Shown piece after piece: positions 40,001-52,516 of a DNA stretch of 64,000 bases. The stretch's first letter is position 1, and the number at the start of each line of letters is the position of its first letter. Under the pieces are notes generated by a model, which did no database searches, was not told the origin of the DNA, and was given only the letters and a program-made list of their open reading frames with translations. The DNA is from Yuukianura sp. NJ FZ-2021 (Eukaryota), in the NCBI GenBank assembly GCA_046563655.1, contig JAJCTO010000013.1:248001-312000 (forward strand), in the 5' to 3' direction. The position numbers were made by a program, and so were the translations under genes.

Positions 40001-43000
40001 TATTTGTTATCTTGATTAGAATTTTTAGGAAATAATTTTTTATGTCATACTACCACCTTGCACTTCCAATAAAGCACACCTGAATAACTGGTGTTCAACA
40101 ATAATCTGGAATTATATTTTAGCCCAACTCCACTATGCAACAAGTGCATAAATCTAACTGTCATTTTGGTATAAACTAATGTGGGAACTATACAACGAAG
40201 TTTTAAACATACTGAAAAATGGAATTTATGCCTTGTTATCGCTTATAACCATCTTCATGGAACGCATCTTATACCGGTACACTTTTTCGTAGTGCATCAA
40301 CGACTATTACACACAGTGAACCACTTGTTGTCAGCCTTCATCTTTGAGCAAAAAGGAGAAGTGCCGGTGAATTGGCAAGTTCGTCCTCACTACAGATACC
40401 AACCAGTACTCATTTTGACACTATGAATCACAATGACTCAGACGGCAATGGAACTTCAGGGAAATCCCATTATTACATTGTCTAAATCAAAATGAAACAT
40501 TCCGCATTATTTGTTATCTTGATTAGAATTTTTAGGAAATAATTTTTTATGTCGTACAACCACCCTGCACTTCCAATAAAGCACACCTGAATAACTGGTG
40601 TTCAACAATAATCTGGAATTATATTTTAGCCCAACTCCACTATGCAACAAGTGCATAAATCTAACTGTCATTTTGGTATAAACTAATGTGGGAACTATAC
40701 AACGAAGTTTTAAACATACTGAAAATTGGAATTTATGCCTTGTTATTGCTTCTAACCATCTTCATGGAACGCATCTAATACCGGTCCACTTTGTCGTAGT
40801 GCATCAACGACTATTACACACAGTGAACCACTTGTTGTCAGCCTTCATCTTTGAGCACAAAGGAGAAGTGCCGGTGAAATGACAAGCTCGTCCTCACTAC
40901 AGATACCAACCAATACTCATTTTGACACTATGAATCACAATGACTCAGACGGCAATGGAACTTCAGGGGAAATCCCATTATTACATTGTCTAAATCAAAA
41001 TGAAACATTCCGCATTATTTGTTATCTTGATTAGAATTTTTAGGAAATAATTTTTTATGTCATACTACCACCTTGCACTTCCAATAAAGCACAACTGAAT
41101 AACTGGTGTTCAACAATAATCTGGAATTATATTTTACCCCAACTCCACTATGCAACAAGTGCATAAATCTAACTGTCATTTTGGTATAAACTAATGTGGG
41201 AACTATACAACGAAGTTTTAAACATACTGAAAAATGGAATTTATGCCTTGTTATCGCTTCTAACCATCTTCATGGAACGCATCTAATACCGGTCCACTTT
41301 GTCGTAGTGCATCAACGACTATTACACACGGTGAACCACTTGTTGTCAGCCTTCATCTTTGAGCACAAAGGAGAAGTGCCGGTGAAATGACAAGCTCGTC
41401 CTCACTACAGATACCAACCAGTACTCATTTTGACACTATGAATCACAATGACTCAGACGGCAATGGAACTTCAGGGGAAATCCCATTATTACATTGTCTA
41501 AATCAAAATGAAACATTCCGCATTATTTGTTATCTTGATTAGAATTTTTAGGAAATAATTTTTTATGTCATACTACCACCTTGCACTTCCAATAAAGCAC
41601 AACTGAATAACTGGTGTTCAACAATAATCTGGAATTATATTTTAGCCCAACTCCACTATGCAACAAGTGCATAAATCTAACTGTCATTTTGGTATAAACT
41701 AATGTGCGAACTATACAACGAAGTTTTAAACATACTGAAAAATGGAATTTATGCCTTGTTAACGCTTCTAACCATCTTCATGGAACGCATCTAATACCGG
41801 TCCACTTTGTCGTAGTGCATCAACGACTATTACACACGGTGAACCACTTGTTGTCAGCCTTCATCTTTGAGCACAAAGGAGAAGTGCCGGTGAAATGACA
41901 AGCTCGTCCTCACTACAGATACCAACCAGTACTCATTTTGACACTATGAATCACAATGACTCAGACGGCAATGGAACTTCAGGGGAAATCCCATTATTAC
42001 ATTGTCTAAATCAAAATGAAACATTCCGCATTATTTGTTATCTTGATTAGAATTTTTAGGAAATAATTTTTTATGTCATACTACCACCTTGCACTTCCAA
42101 TAAAGCACAACTGAATAACTGGTGTTCAACAATAATCTGGAATTATATTTTAGCCCAACTCCACTATGCAACAAGTGCATAAATCTAACTGTCATTTTGA
42201 TATAAACTAATGTGGGAACTATACAACGAAGTTTTAAACATACTGAAAAATGGAATTTATGCCTTGTTATCGCTTTTAACCATCTTCATGGAACGCATCT
42301 AATACCGTTCCACTTTGTCGTAGTGCATCAACGACTATTACACACGGTAAACCACTTGTTGTCAGCCTTCATCTTTGAGCACAAAGGAGAAGTGCCGGTG
42401 AAATGACAAGCTCGTCCTCACTACAGATACCAACCAGTACTCATTTTGACACTATGAATCACAATGACTCAGACGGCAATGGAACTTCAGGGGAAATCCC
42501 ATTATTACATTGTCTAAATCAAAATGAAACATTCCGCATTATTTGTTATCTTGATTAGAATTTTTAGGAAATAATTTTTTATGTCATACTACCACCTTGC
42601 ACTTCCAATAAAGCACACCTGAATAACTGGTGTTCAACAATAATCTGGAATTATATTTTAGCCCAACTCCACTATGCAACAAGTGCATAAATCTAACTGT
42701 CATTTTGGTATAAACTAATGTGGGAACTATACAACGAAGTTTTAAACATACTGAAAAATGGAATTTATGCCTTGTTATCGCTTATAACCATCTTCATGGA
42801 ACGCATCTTATACCGGTACACTTTTTCGTAGTGCATCAACGACTATTACACACAGTGAACCACTTGTTGTCAGCCTTCATCTTTGAGCAAAAAGGAGAAG
42901 TGCCGGTGAATTGGCAAGTTCGTCCTCACTACAGATACCAACCAGTACTCATTTTGACACTATGAATCACAATGACTCAGACGGCAATGGAACTTCAGGG

Positions 43001-46000
43001 GAAATCCCATTATTACATTGTCTAAATCAAAATGAAACATTCCGCATTATTTGTTATCTTGATTAGAATTTTTAGGAAATAATTTTTTATGTCGTACAAC
43101 CACCCTGCACTTCCAATAAAGCACACCTGAATAACTGGTGTTCAACAATAATCTGGAATTATATTTTAGCCCAACTCCACTATGCAACAAGTGCATAAAT
43201 CTAACTGTCATTTTGGTATAAACTAATGTGGGAACTATACAACGAAGTTTTAAACATACTGAAAAATGGAATTTATGCCTTGTTATCGCTTCTAACCATC
43301 TTCATGGAACGCATCTAATGCCGGTCCACTTTGTCGTAGTGCATCAACGACTATTACACACGGTGAACCACTTGTTGTCAGCCTTCATCTTTGAGCACAA
43401 AGGAGAAGTGCCGGTGAAATGACAAGCTCGTCCTCACTACAGATACCAACCAGTACTCATTTTGACACTATGAATCACAATGACTCAGACGGCAATGGAA
43501 CTTCAGGGGAAATCCCATTATTACATTGTCTAAATCAAAATGAAACATTCCGCATTATTTGTTATCTTGATTAGAATTTTTAGGAAATAATTTTTTATGT
43601 CGCACAACCACCCTGCACTTCCAATAAAGCACACCTGAATAACTGGTGTTCAACAATAATCTGGAATTATATTTTAGCCCAACTCCACTATGCAACAAGT
43701 GCATAAATCTAACTGTCATTTTGGTATAAACTAATGTGGGAACTATACAACGAAGTTTTAAACATACTGAAAAATGGAATTTATGCCTTGTTATCGCTTC
43801 TAACCATCTTCATGGAACGCATCTAATGCCGGTCCACTTTGTCGTAGTGCATCAACGACTATTACAAACGGTGAACCACTTGTTGTCAGCCTTCATCTTT
43901 GAGCACAAAGGAGAAGTGCCGGTGAAATGACAAGCTCGTCCTCACTACAGATACCAACCAGTACTCATTTTGACACTATGAATCACAATGACTCAGACGG
44001 CAATGGAACTTCAGGGGAAATCCCATTATTACATTGTCTAAATCAAAATGAAACATTCCGCATTATTTGTTATCTTGATTAGAATTTTTAGGAAATAATT
44101 TTTTATGTCATACTACCACCTTGCACTTCCAATAAAGCACAACTGAATAACTGGTGTTCAACAATAATCTGGAATTATATTTTAGCCCAACTCCACTATG
44201 CAACAAGTGCATAAATCTAACTGTCATTTTGGTATAAACTAATGTGCGAACTATACAACGAAGTTTTAAACATACTGAAAAATGGAATTTATGCCTTGTT
44301 AACGCTTCTAACCATCTTCATGGAACGCATCTAATACCGGTCCACTTTGTCGTAGTGCATCAACGACTATTACACACGGTGAACCACTTGTTGTCAGCCT
44401 TCATCTTTGAGCACAAAGGAGAAGTGCCGGTGAAATGACAAGCTCGTCCTCACTACAGATACCAACCAGTACTCATTTTGACACTATGAATCACAATGAC
44501 TCAGACGGCAATGGAACTTCAGGGGAAATCCCATTATTACATTGTCTAAATCAAAATGAAACATTCCGCATTATTTGTTATCTTGATTAGAATTTTTAGG
44601 AAATAATTTTTTATGTCATACTACCACCTTGCACTTCCAATAAAGCACAACTGAATAACTGCTGTTCAACAATAATCTGGAATTATATTTTAGCCCAACT
44701 CCACTATGCAACAAGTGCATAAATCTAACTGTCATTTTGGTATAAACTAATGTGCGAACTATACAACGAAGTTTTAAACATACTGAAAAATGGAATTTAT
44801 GCCTTGTTATCGCTTCTAACCATCTTCATGGAACGCATCTAATACCGGTCCACTTTGTCGTAGTGCATCAACGACTATTACACACGGTAAACCACTTGTT
44901 GTCAGCCTTCATCTTTGAGCACAAAGGAGAAGTGCCGGTGAAATGACAAGCTCGTCCTCACTACAGATACCAACCAGTACTCATTTTGACACTATGAATC
45001 ACAATGACTCAGACGGCAATGGAACTTCAGGGGAAATCCCATTATTACATTGTCTAAATCAAAATGAAACATTCCGCATTATTTGTTATCTTGATTAGAA
45101 TTTTTAGGAAATAATTTTTTATGTCATACTACCACCTTGCACTTCCAATAAAGCACAACTGAATAACTGCTGTTCAACAATAATCTGGAATTATATTTTA
45201 GCCCAACTCCACTATGCAACAAGTGCATAAATCTAACTGTCATTTTGGTATAAACTAATGTGCGAACTATACAACGAAGTTTTAAACATACTGAAAAATG
45301 GAATTTATGCCTTGTTATCGCTTCTAACCATCTTCATGGAACGCATCTAATACCGGTCCACTTTGTCGTAGTGCATCAACGACTATTACACACGGTAAAC
45401 CACTTGTTGTCAGCCTTCATCTTTGAGCACAAAGGAGAAGTGCCGGTGAAATGACAAGCTCGTCCTCACTACAGATACCAACCAGTACTCATTTTGACAC
45501 TATGAATCACAATGACTCAGACGGCAATGGAACTTCAGGGGAAATCCCATTATTACATTGTCTAAATCAAAATGAAACATTCCGCATTATTTGTTATCTT
45601 GATTAGAATTTTTAGGAAATAATTTTTTATGTCGTACAACCACCCTGCACTTCCAATAAAGCACAACTGAATAACTGGTGTTCAACAATAATCTGGAATT
45701 ATATTTTAGCCCAACTCCACTATGCAACAAGTGCATAAATCTAACTGTCATTTTGGTATAAACTAATGTGGGAACTATACAACGAAGTTTTAAACATACT
45801 GAAAAATGGAATTTATGCCTTGTTATCGCTTCTAACCATCTTCATGGAACGCATCTAATACCGGTCCACTTTGTCGTAGTGCATCAACGACTATTACACA
45901 CGGTGAACCACTTGTTGTCAGCCTTCATCTTTGAGCACAAAGGAGAAGTGCCGGTGAAATGACAAGCTCGTCCTCACTACAGATACCAACCAGTACTCAT

Positions 46001-47737
46001 TTTGACACTATGAATCACAATGACTCAGACGGCAATGGAACTTCAGGGGAAATCCCATTATTGCATTGTCTAAATCAAAATGAAACATTCCGCATTATTT
46101 GTTATCTTGATTAGAATTTTTAGGACATAATTTTTTATGTCATACTACCACCTTGCACTTCCAATAAAACACAACTGAATAACTGGTGTTCAACATTAAT
46201 CTGGAATTATATTTTAGCCCAACTCCACTATGCAACAAGTGCATAAATCTAACTGTCATTTTGGTATAAACTAATGTGCGAACTATACAACGAAGTTTTA
46301 AACATACTGAAAAATGGAATTTATGCCTTGTTATCGCTTCTAACCATCTTCATGGAACGCATCTAATACCGGTCCACTTTGTCGTAGTGCATCAACGACT
46401 ATTACACACGGTAAACCACTTGTTGTCAGCCTTCATCTTTGAGCACAAAGGAGAAGTGCCGGTGAAATGACAAGCTCGTCCTCACTACAGATACCAACCA
46501 GTACTCATTTTGACACTATGAATCACAATGACTCAGACGGCAATGGAACTTCAGGAGAAATCCCATTATTACATTGTCTAAATCAAAATGAAACATTCCG
46601 CATTATTTGTTATCTTGATTAGAATTTTTAGGAAATAATTTTTTATGTCGTACAACCACCCTGCACTTCCAATAAAGCACAACTGAATAACTGGTGTTCA
46701 ACAATAATCTGGAATTATATTTTAGCCCAACTCCACTATGCAACAAGTGCATAAATCTAACTGTCATTTTGGTATAAACTAATGTGGGAACTATACAACG
46801 AAGTTTTAAACATACTGAAAAATGGAATTTATGCCTTGTTATCGCTTCTAACCATCTTCATGGAACGCATCTAATACCGGTCCACTTTGTCGTAGTGCAT
46901 CAACGACTATTACACACGGTGAACCACTTGTTGTCAGCCTTCATCTTTGAGCACAAAGGAGAAGTGCCGGTGAAATGACAAGCTCGTCCCCACTACAGAT
47001 ACCAACCAGTACTCATTTTGACACTATGAATCACAATGACTCAGACGGCAATGGAACTTCAGGGGAAATCCCATTATTACATTGTCTAAATCAAAATGAA
47101 ACATTCCGCATTATTTGTTATCTTGATTAGAATTTTTAGGAAATAATTTTTTATGTCGTACAACCACCCTGCACTTCCAATAAAGCACACCTGAATAACT
47201 GGTGTTCAACAATAATCTGGAATTATATTTTAGCCCAACTCCACTATGCAACAAGTGCATAAATCTAACTGTCATTTTGGTATAAACTAATGTGGGAACT
47301 ATACAACGAAGTTTTAAACATACTGAAAATTGGAATTTATGCCTTGTTATTGCGTCTAACCATCTTCATGGAACGCATCTAATACCGGTCCACTTTGTCG
47401 TAGTGCATCAACGACTATTACACACGGTAAACCACTTGTTGTCAGCATTCATCTTTGAGCACAAAGGAGAAGTGCCGGTGAAATGACAAGCTCGTCCTCA
47501 CTACAGATACCAACCAGTACTCATTTTGACACTATGAATCACAATGACTCAGACGGCAATGGAACTTCAGGGGAAATCCCATTATTACATTGTCTAAATC
47601 AAAATGAAACATTCCGCATTATTTGTTATCTTGATTAGAATTTTTAGGAAATAATTTTTTATGTCATACTACCACCTTGCACTTCCAATAAAGCACAACT
47701 GAATAACTGGTGTTCAACAATAATCTGGAATTATATT
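28049..47737. repeat. ~508-bp satellite array, block 2 (~39 monomers)
   Basis: The array resumes in register after the TATT TSD with the same monomer. Block-enriched variants include gtgcgaact, ttagcgct, ttaacgct and aaaattgg. Confidence 0.98.
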
Positions 47738-48100
47738 TGTAACGCCTCGACGTCACGGTCAGCCATGTGTAACGCCCTACGACGCTAAACAACTGAAAAA
47801 CACAACTGGAGCAAACACTGCCGCTCCGCACCAGACTACTCTCTGAGTCCGCAGACTCTCAGACCCAAATGACCCCAAACAATCACCACTGCTCACAACT
47901 ACATCGGCGAATAAATGTATGAAATATATTTATTCGTCGAGAATAAAATATATACAACAAACCTCCGTCTCCCGCAGAGACCAAAAACCAACTAAACTAA
48001 ACTAACTGAATCTCTCTCTCTACCACACCGTATCTCGAATCTCCCGCGGCTCATCTCCGCAACCTAACCTAACTAATCGCCGGAGTAGCAGACGCCAACA
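47738..48100 (-). repeat. 3' LTR of element 2 (363 bp)
   Basis: Direct repeat of 50600-50966. Adjacent 48101-48111 is a purine tract on the minus strand. Confidence 0.95.
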
Positions 48101-49611
48101 CATTCCTCTCCAGATGATGGGTGTCGAGCCTGACGACCCTGGCCGACATCCATCAGCGACAACTCCAAAGGCGACTGCGACTCTCGAATCTCTGCAGCTC
48201 CGTGGCCATCATCCTCATCCATGGACATCAGCGGACTCTTCATCATGGTAATCGTCAACCGCAGCATCCGATTCCTCCCGAGTGCTCCATCCAACACGGC
48301 AGGCACTTCCACATTCTTCAAATCACACACTAAATCACTTTTCACTTGAATGGAAGTTGTCAAGACGACTCCCTTTGTATCCACATCATCACTTGCACTT
48401 TTTAAATACACGTTCCACAAATTTCTTGTTAAAAAACTGAGTGCACTGCTCCTCCACAAACTTCCAGCACCACCTTCCTTCACTTTGCGGGACAGTGAGA
48501 CCCTCGGCTGAACTTGTGGACAATGAGCACCACTAAAACACAAATAAGCGTAGGCCAATAAATTGACTCCCATTAACTGCCACAGATTCTGAGTTCCACC
48601 TTCCTTCACTTTACGGGACAGTGAGACCCACGACTCAGAACTTGTGCACAGAGAACCGCCGTACTTCAACCAAAGAACCAATATTTTCACATCATCACTT
48701 TTGCACAAACTTTTCACTTTTTCAATTTTTAAATTTTGAGGGAATGAGACCCTGAAGAACACAATGCATTTAGCACAAGAAACGCTGCGAGCCAGCAATG
48801 CCAGGACAACAATCTTCAATTCAAATTTAAATTCACTTCCAATTTCTTCTTTCTTCTCACTTAGTACCGCAGCACTATAACACTCACTTTTTAGAACTTG
48901 AGTAACGCCGCACTTCAGCACTGCCGGGCTAACGTTCTCCATAATTTTAACTTTCACAATCAACACTTTCCCTAAAAACTCGCTTTTCGAAGCTTGAGTA
49001 ACGCCGCACTTCAGCACTGCCGGGCGAACGATCTCCTTAATTTTAACACTCAGAACTAACACTTTTTGTAAAAGCCCACATTTTGGAGCTTGAGCAACGC
49101 TGCGAGCCTCGCCGATTGTGGCTGGGACAACGTTCTCTGTCTTGGTAACTTTCATACCGAAGACTGTTTGTAGAAGCTCTCTTTTTGGAGCTTGAGTAAC
49201 GCTGCGAGCCTTGTCACTTGGGACCGGGACAACGTACTCTGGAGCGACGTCGGAAGATTGAGGCCTCGTTCCCGAACATCTCACCTTAATGAGGACTACT
49301 TTCAACCCCTCATTCTGCGTTAGTATGCCACCACCGTAGTCATACTCTTCTTTCAATTTTGCACATCTCACTATGCACTTCACTTCACTTCTCACTTCCT
49401 GGATCCACCACTTCAACCGCTTCTCCTCCAACTGTATATACAAATGATGCCAGTTGCTAAAACGCAACTCCATAGGCACTAACACTATTAATAATTTCAA
49501 CTGTGCAAAAATTTTTACAATAATGAGTGATTCACCACACTCAATTTCCACAGTCACCAAAACTTTCAACTCAAAACTGGAAAAACTCATAACTTTTCCA
49601 AAACTGCCCAA
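48073..49611 (-). CDS. Long Val/Lys/Ser-rich ORF of unknown function, built partly from internal duplications, running into the 3' LTR
   Basis: 512 open codons (TTG start; first ATG ~49590). Repeated peptides ARSV.QAPK, AVLKCGVTQ and VSLSRKVKEGG. No domain recognised. Confidence 0.3.
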   Translation of the reverse strand: MGSFGKVMSFSSFELKVLVTVEIECGESLIIVKIFAQLKLLIVLVPMELRFSNWHHLYIQLEEKRLKWWIQEVRSEVKCIVRCAKLKEEYDYGGGILTQNEGLKVVLIKVRCSGTRPQSSDVAPEYVVPVPSDKARSVTQAPKRELLQTVFGMKVTKTENVVPATIGEARSVAQAPKCGLLQKVLVLSVKIKEIVRPAVLKCGVTQASKSEFLGKVLIVKVKIMENVSPAVLKCGVTQVLKSECYSAAVLSEKKEEIGSEFKFELKIVVLALLARSVSCAKCIVFFRVSFPQNLKIEKVKSLCKSDDVKILVLWLKYGGSLCTSSESWVSLSRKVKEGGTQNLWQLMGVNLLAYAYLCFSGAHCPQVQPRVSLSRKVKEGGAGSLWRSSALSFLTRNLWNVYLKSASDDVDTKGVVLTTSIQVKSDLVCDLKNVEVPAVLDGALGRNRMLRLTITMMKSPLMSMDEDDGHGAAEIRESQSPLELSLMDVGQGRQARHPSSGEECVGVCYSGD

Positions 49612-49843
49612 AAACTGAAGAATTTCGTCCGCACTTAACTGTACACTATGGAGAATGATGGACGAACTGTCATTCCCCTCTATTAGTTTAAATTCTCTTG
49701 AACATTTCCATCTGCATCACAATCACTTTCCTCTCCATATTCGCCATACCCCTCTAAAACACTCCCAAAATAACTGCCATGAAAACCTCCACTTCCAAAA
49801 ATTTTTGCCGAGCGGAAGCCAACGGTGTTGACTCCCATAGATT

Positions 49844-50278
49844 TTAAATAATTTCCATGATTTTGGTGTCTCTCATGTGCCAACTTAATGTACTGCTCAC
49901 TTTGCTTGAATTAAAAATTTTTGATGGCACTTGTTCACATTTGATACATTTCTTGTTCACTTGTTCACATTTGTCACATATCTGGTTCACTTCAACTTCT
50001 GAGTCACACAACTTTTTCACATTAATGATACACGCTACTGCCAACTTCTTACTAGTGGCAGACTTTGGAACTTTCGACTTGGTTGGTGCCGAAGTGAGTT
50101 GCACGCTTTGCAGGGCCGAAACCAGCGCCTCTGTCGAATGTGCACTTCCACTTTCACTGGTAGCCACCGCAGCGACTCCCTCGGACACTTCTTGAACTAC
50201 CTCCTGAATGCTCTCCACGACTTTGTGCAATACCACATGCACAATTTTTTCTACATTACCTTTCTTGTATACTGCCAT
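49844..50278 (-). CDS. Hypothetical 144-aa protein in the gag position of element 2
   Basis: First substantial ATG ORF after the PBS, with a CDKC..KKCIKC cysteine cluster. No clear homology recognised. Confidence 0.3.
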   Translation of the reverse strand: MAVYKKGNVEKIVHVVLHKVVESIQEVVQEVSEGVAAVATSESGSAHSTEALVSALQSVQLTSAPTKSKVPKSATSKKLAVACIINVKKLCDSEVEVNQICDKCEQVNKKCIKCEQVPSKIFNSSKVSSTLSWHMRDTKIMEII

Positions 50279-50587
50279 GCTTGTCCTTGCTTCCTCTATT
50301 CACTGACGCACTACAATGAATGACATGTTCTACCGCAGCAGAAACTAGATCCTTCTTCTGTACCACAATGGTACTAAACAATCACTTTTTTTTTAACACT
50401 GAACATCACTAATTCACTGATTACTGGTCATTCGTGACCTATGACATGAGCGGAGGCCGCTGTTAGCGACTCCCTTAAGATGAATTTATGTAATACACAC
50501 TGTTTAGATGCAAAATTTGTCACAATTTTCACTTACTTTATCTTACTTGACCTGTGGTGACCTCTGAATCACTGGATCTGCACACGA

Positions 50588-50597
50588 ACGGTCGCCA
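50588..50597 (-). promoter_or_regulatory. Primer-binding site, tRNA-Arg type
   Basis: Minus strand TGGCGACCGT starts 2 nt after the 5' LTR and is complementary to the tRNA-Arg(TCG) 3' end ...ACGGTCGCCA. Confidence 0.75.
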
Positions 50598-50599
50598 TG

Positions 50600-50966
50600 T
50601 GTAACGCCTCGACGTCACGGTCAGCCATGTGTAACGCCCTACGACGCTAAACAACTGAAAAACACAACTGGAGCAAACACTGCCGCTCCGCACCAGACTA
50701 CTCTCTGAGTCCGCAGACTCTCAGACCCAAATGACCCCAAACAATCACCACTGCTCACAACTACATCGGCGAATAAATGTATGAAATATATTTATTCGTC
50801 GAGAATAAAATATATACAACAAACCTCCGTCTCCCGCAGAGACCAAAAACCAACTAAACTAAACTAACTGAATCTCTCTCTCTCTCTACCACACCGTATC
50901 TCGAATCTCCCGCGGCTCATCTCCGCAACCTAACCTAACTAATCGCCGGAGTAGCAGACGCCAACA
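50600..50966 (-). repeat. 5' LTR of element 2 (367 bp)
   Basis: Direct repeat of 47738-48100, followed on the minus strand by the PBS. Confidence 0.95.
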
Positions 50967-52467
50967 TATTTTACCCCAACTCGACTATGCAACAAGTGCA
51001 TAAATCTAACTGTCATTTTGGTATAAACTAATGTGGGAACTATACAACGAAGTTTTAAACATACTGAAAAATGGAATTTATGCCTTGTTATCGCTTCTAA
51101 CCATCTTCATGGAACGCATCTAATACCGGTCCACTTTGTCGTAGTGCATCAACGACTATTACACACGGTGAACCACTTGTTGTCAGCCTTCATCTTTGAG
51201 CACAAAGGAGAAGTGCCGGTGAAATGACAAGCTCGTCCTCACTACAGATACCAACCAGTACTCATTTTGACACTATGAATCACAATGACTCAGACGGCAA
51301 TGGAACTTCAGGGGAAATCCCATTATTACATTGTCTAAATCAAAATGAAACATTCCGCATTATTTGTTATCTTGATTAGAATTTTTAGGAAATAATTTTT
51401 TATGTCATACTACCACCTTGCACTTCCAATAAAGCACAACTGAATAACTGGTGTTCAACAATAATCTGGAATTATATTTTAGCCCAACTCCACTATGCAA
51501 CAAGTGCATAAATCTAACTGTCATTTTGGTATAAACTAATGTGGGAACTATACAACGAAGTTTTAAACATACTGAAAAATGGAATTTATGCCTTGTTATC
51601 GCTTCTAACCATCTTCATGGAACGCATCTAATACCGGTCCACTTTGTCGTAGTGCATCAACGACTATTAAACACGGTAAACCACTTGTTGTCAGCCTTCA
51701 TCTTTGAGCACAAAGGAGAAGTGCCGGTGAAATGACAAGCTCGTCCTCACTACAGATACCAACCAGTACTCATTTTGACACTATGAATCACAATGACTCA
51801 GACGGCAATGGAACTTCAGGGGAAATCCCATTATTACATTGTCTAAATCAAAATGAAACATTCCGCATTATTTGTTATCTTGATTAGAATTTTTAGGAAA
51901 TAATTTTTTATGTCATACTACCACCTTGCACTTCCAATAAAGCACAACTGAATAACTGGTGTTCAACAATAATCTGGAATTATATTTTAGCCCAACTCCA
52001 CTATGCAACAAGTGCATAAATCTAACTGTCATTTTGGTATAAACTAATGTGGGAACTATACAACGAAGTTTTAAACATACTGAAAAATGGAATTTATGCC
52101 TTGTTATCGCTTCTAACCATCTTCATGGAACGCATCTAATACCGGTCCACTTTGTCGTAGTGCATCAACGACTATTAAACACGGTAAACCACTTGTTGTC
52201 AGCCTTCATCTTTGAGCACAAAGGAGAAGTGCCGGTGAAATGACAACCTCGTCCTCACTACAGATACCAACCAGTACTCATTTTGACACTATGAATCACA
52301 ATGACTCAGACGGCAATGGAACTTCAGGGGAAATCCCATTATTACATTGTCTAAATCAAAATGAAACATTCCGCATTATTTGTTATCTTGATTAGAATTT
52401 TTAGGAAATAATTTTTTATGTCATACTACCACCTTGCACTTCCAATAAAGCACACCTGAATAACTCG
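50967..52467. repeat. ~508-bp satellite array, block 3 (~3 monomers)
   Basis: Same monomer, in register across both flanking insertions. Confidence 0.97.
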
Positions 52468-52516
52468 CTTTCACCTGCCGCAGCAGGTTTAAAAATTCAT
52501 AAGGTATTGTATATAT

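Larger units (their letters stand above)
47738..50966 (-). mobile_element. Non-autonomous LTR retroelement (3.2 kb), no recognisable pol
   Basis: LTRs at 47738-48100 and 50600-50966 (TG...CA) are identical except for a (TC)n length difference. TSD TATT at 47734-47737 and 50967-50970. PBS TGGCGACCGT and PPT GGAGAGGAATG on the minus strand. Confidence 0.92.
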
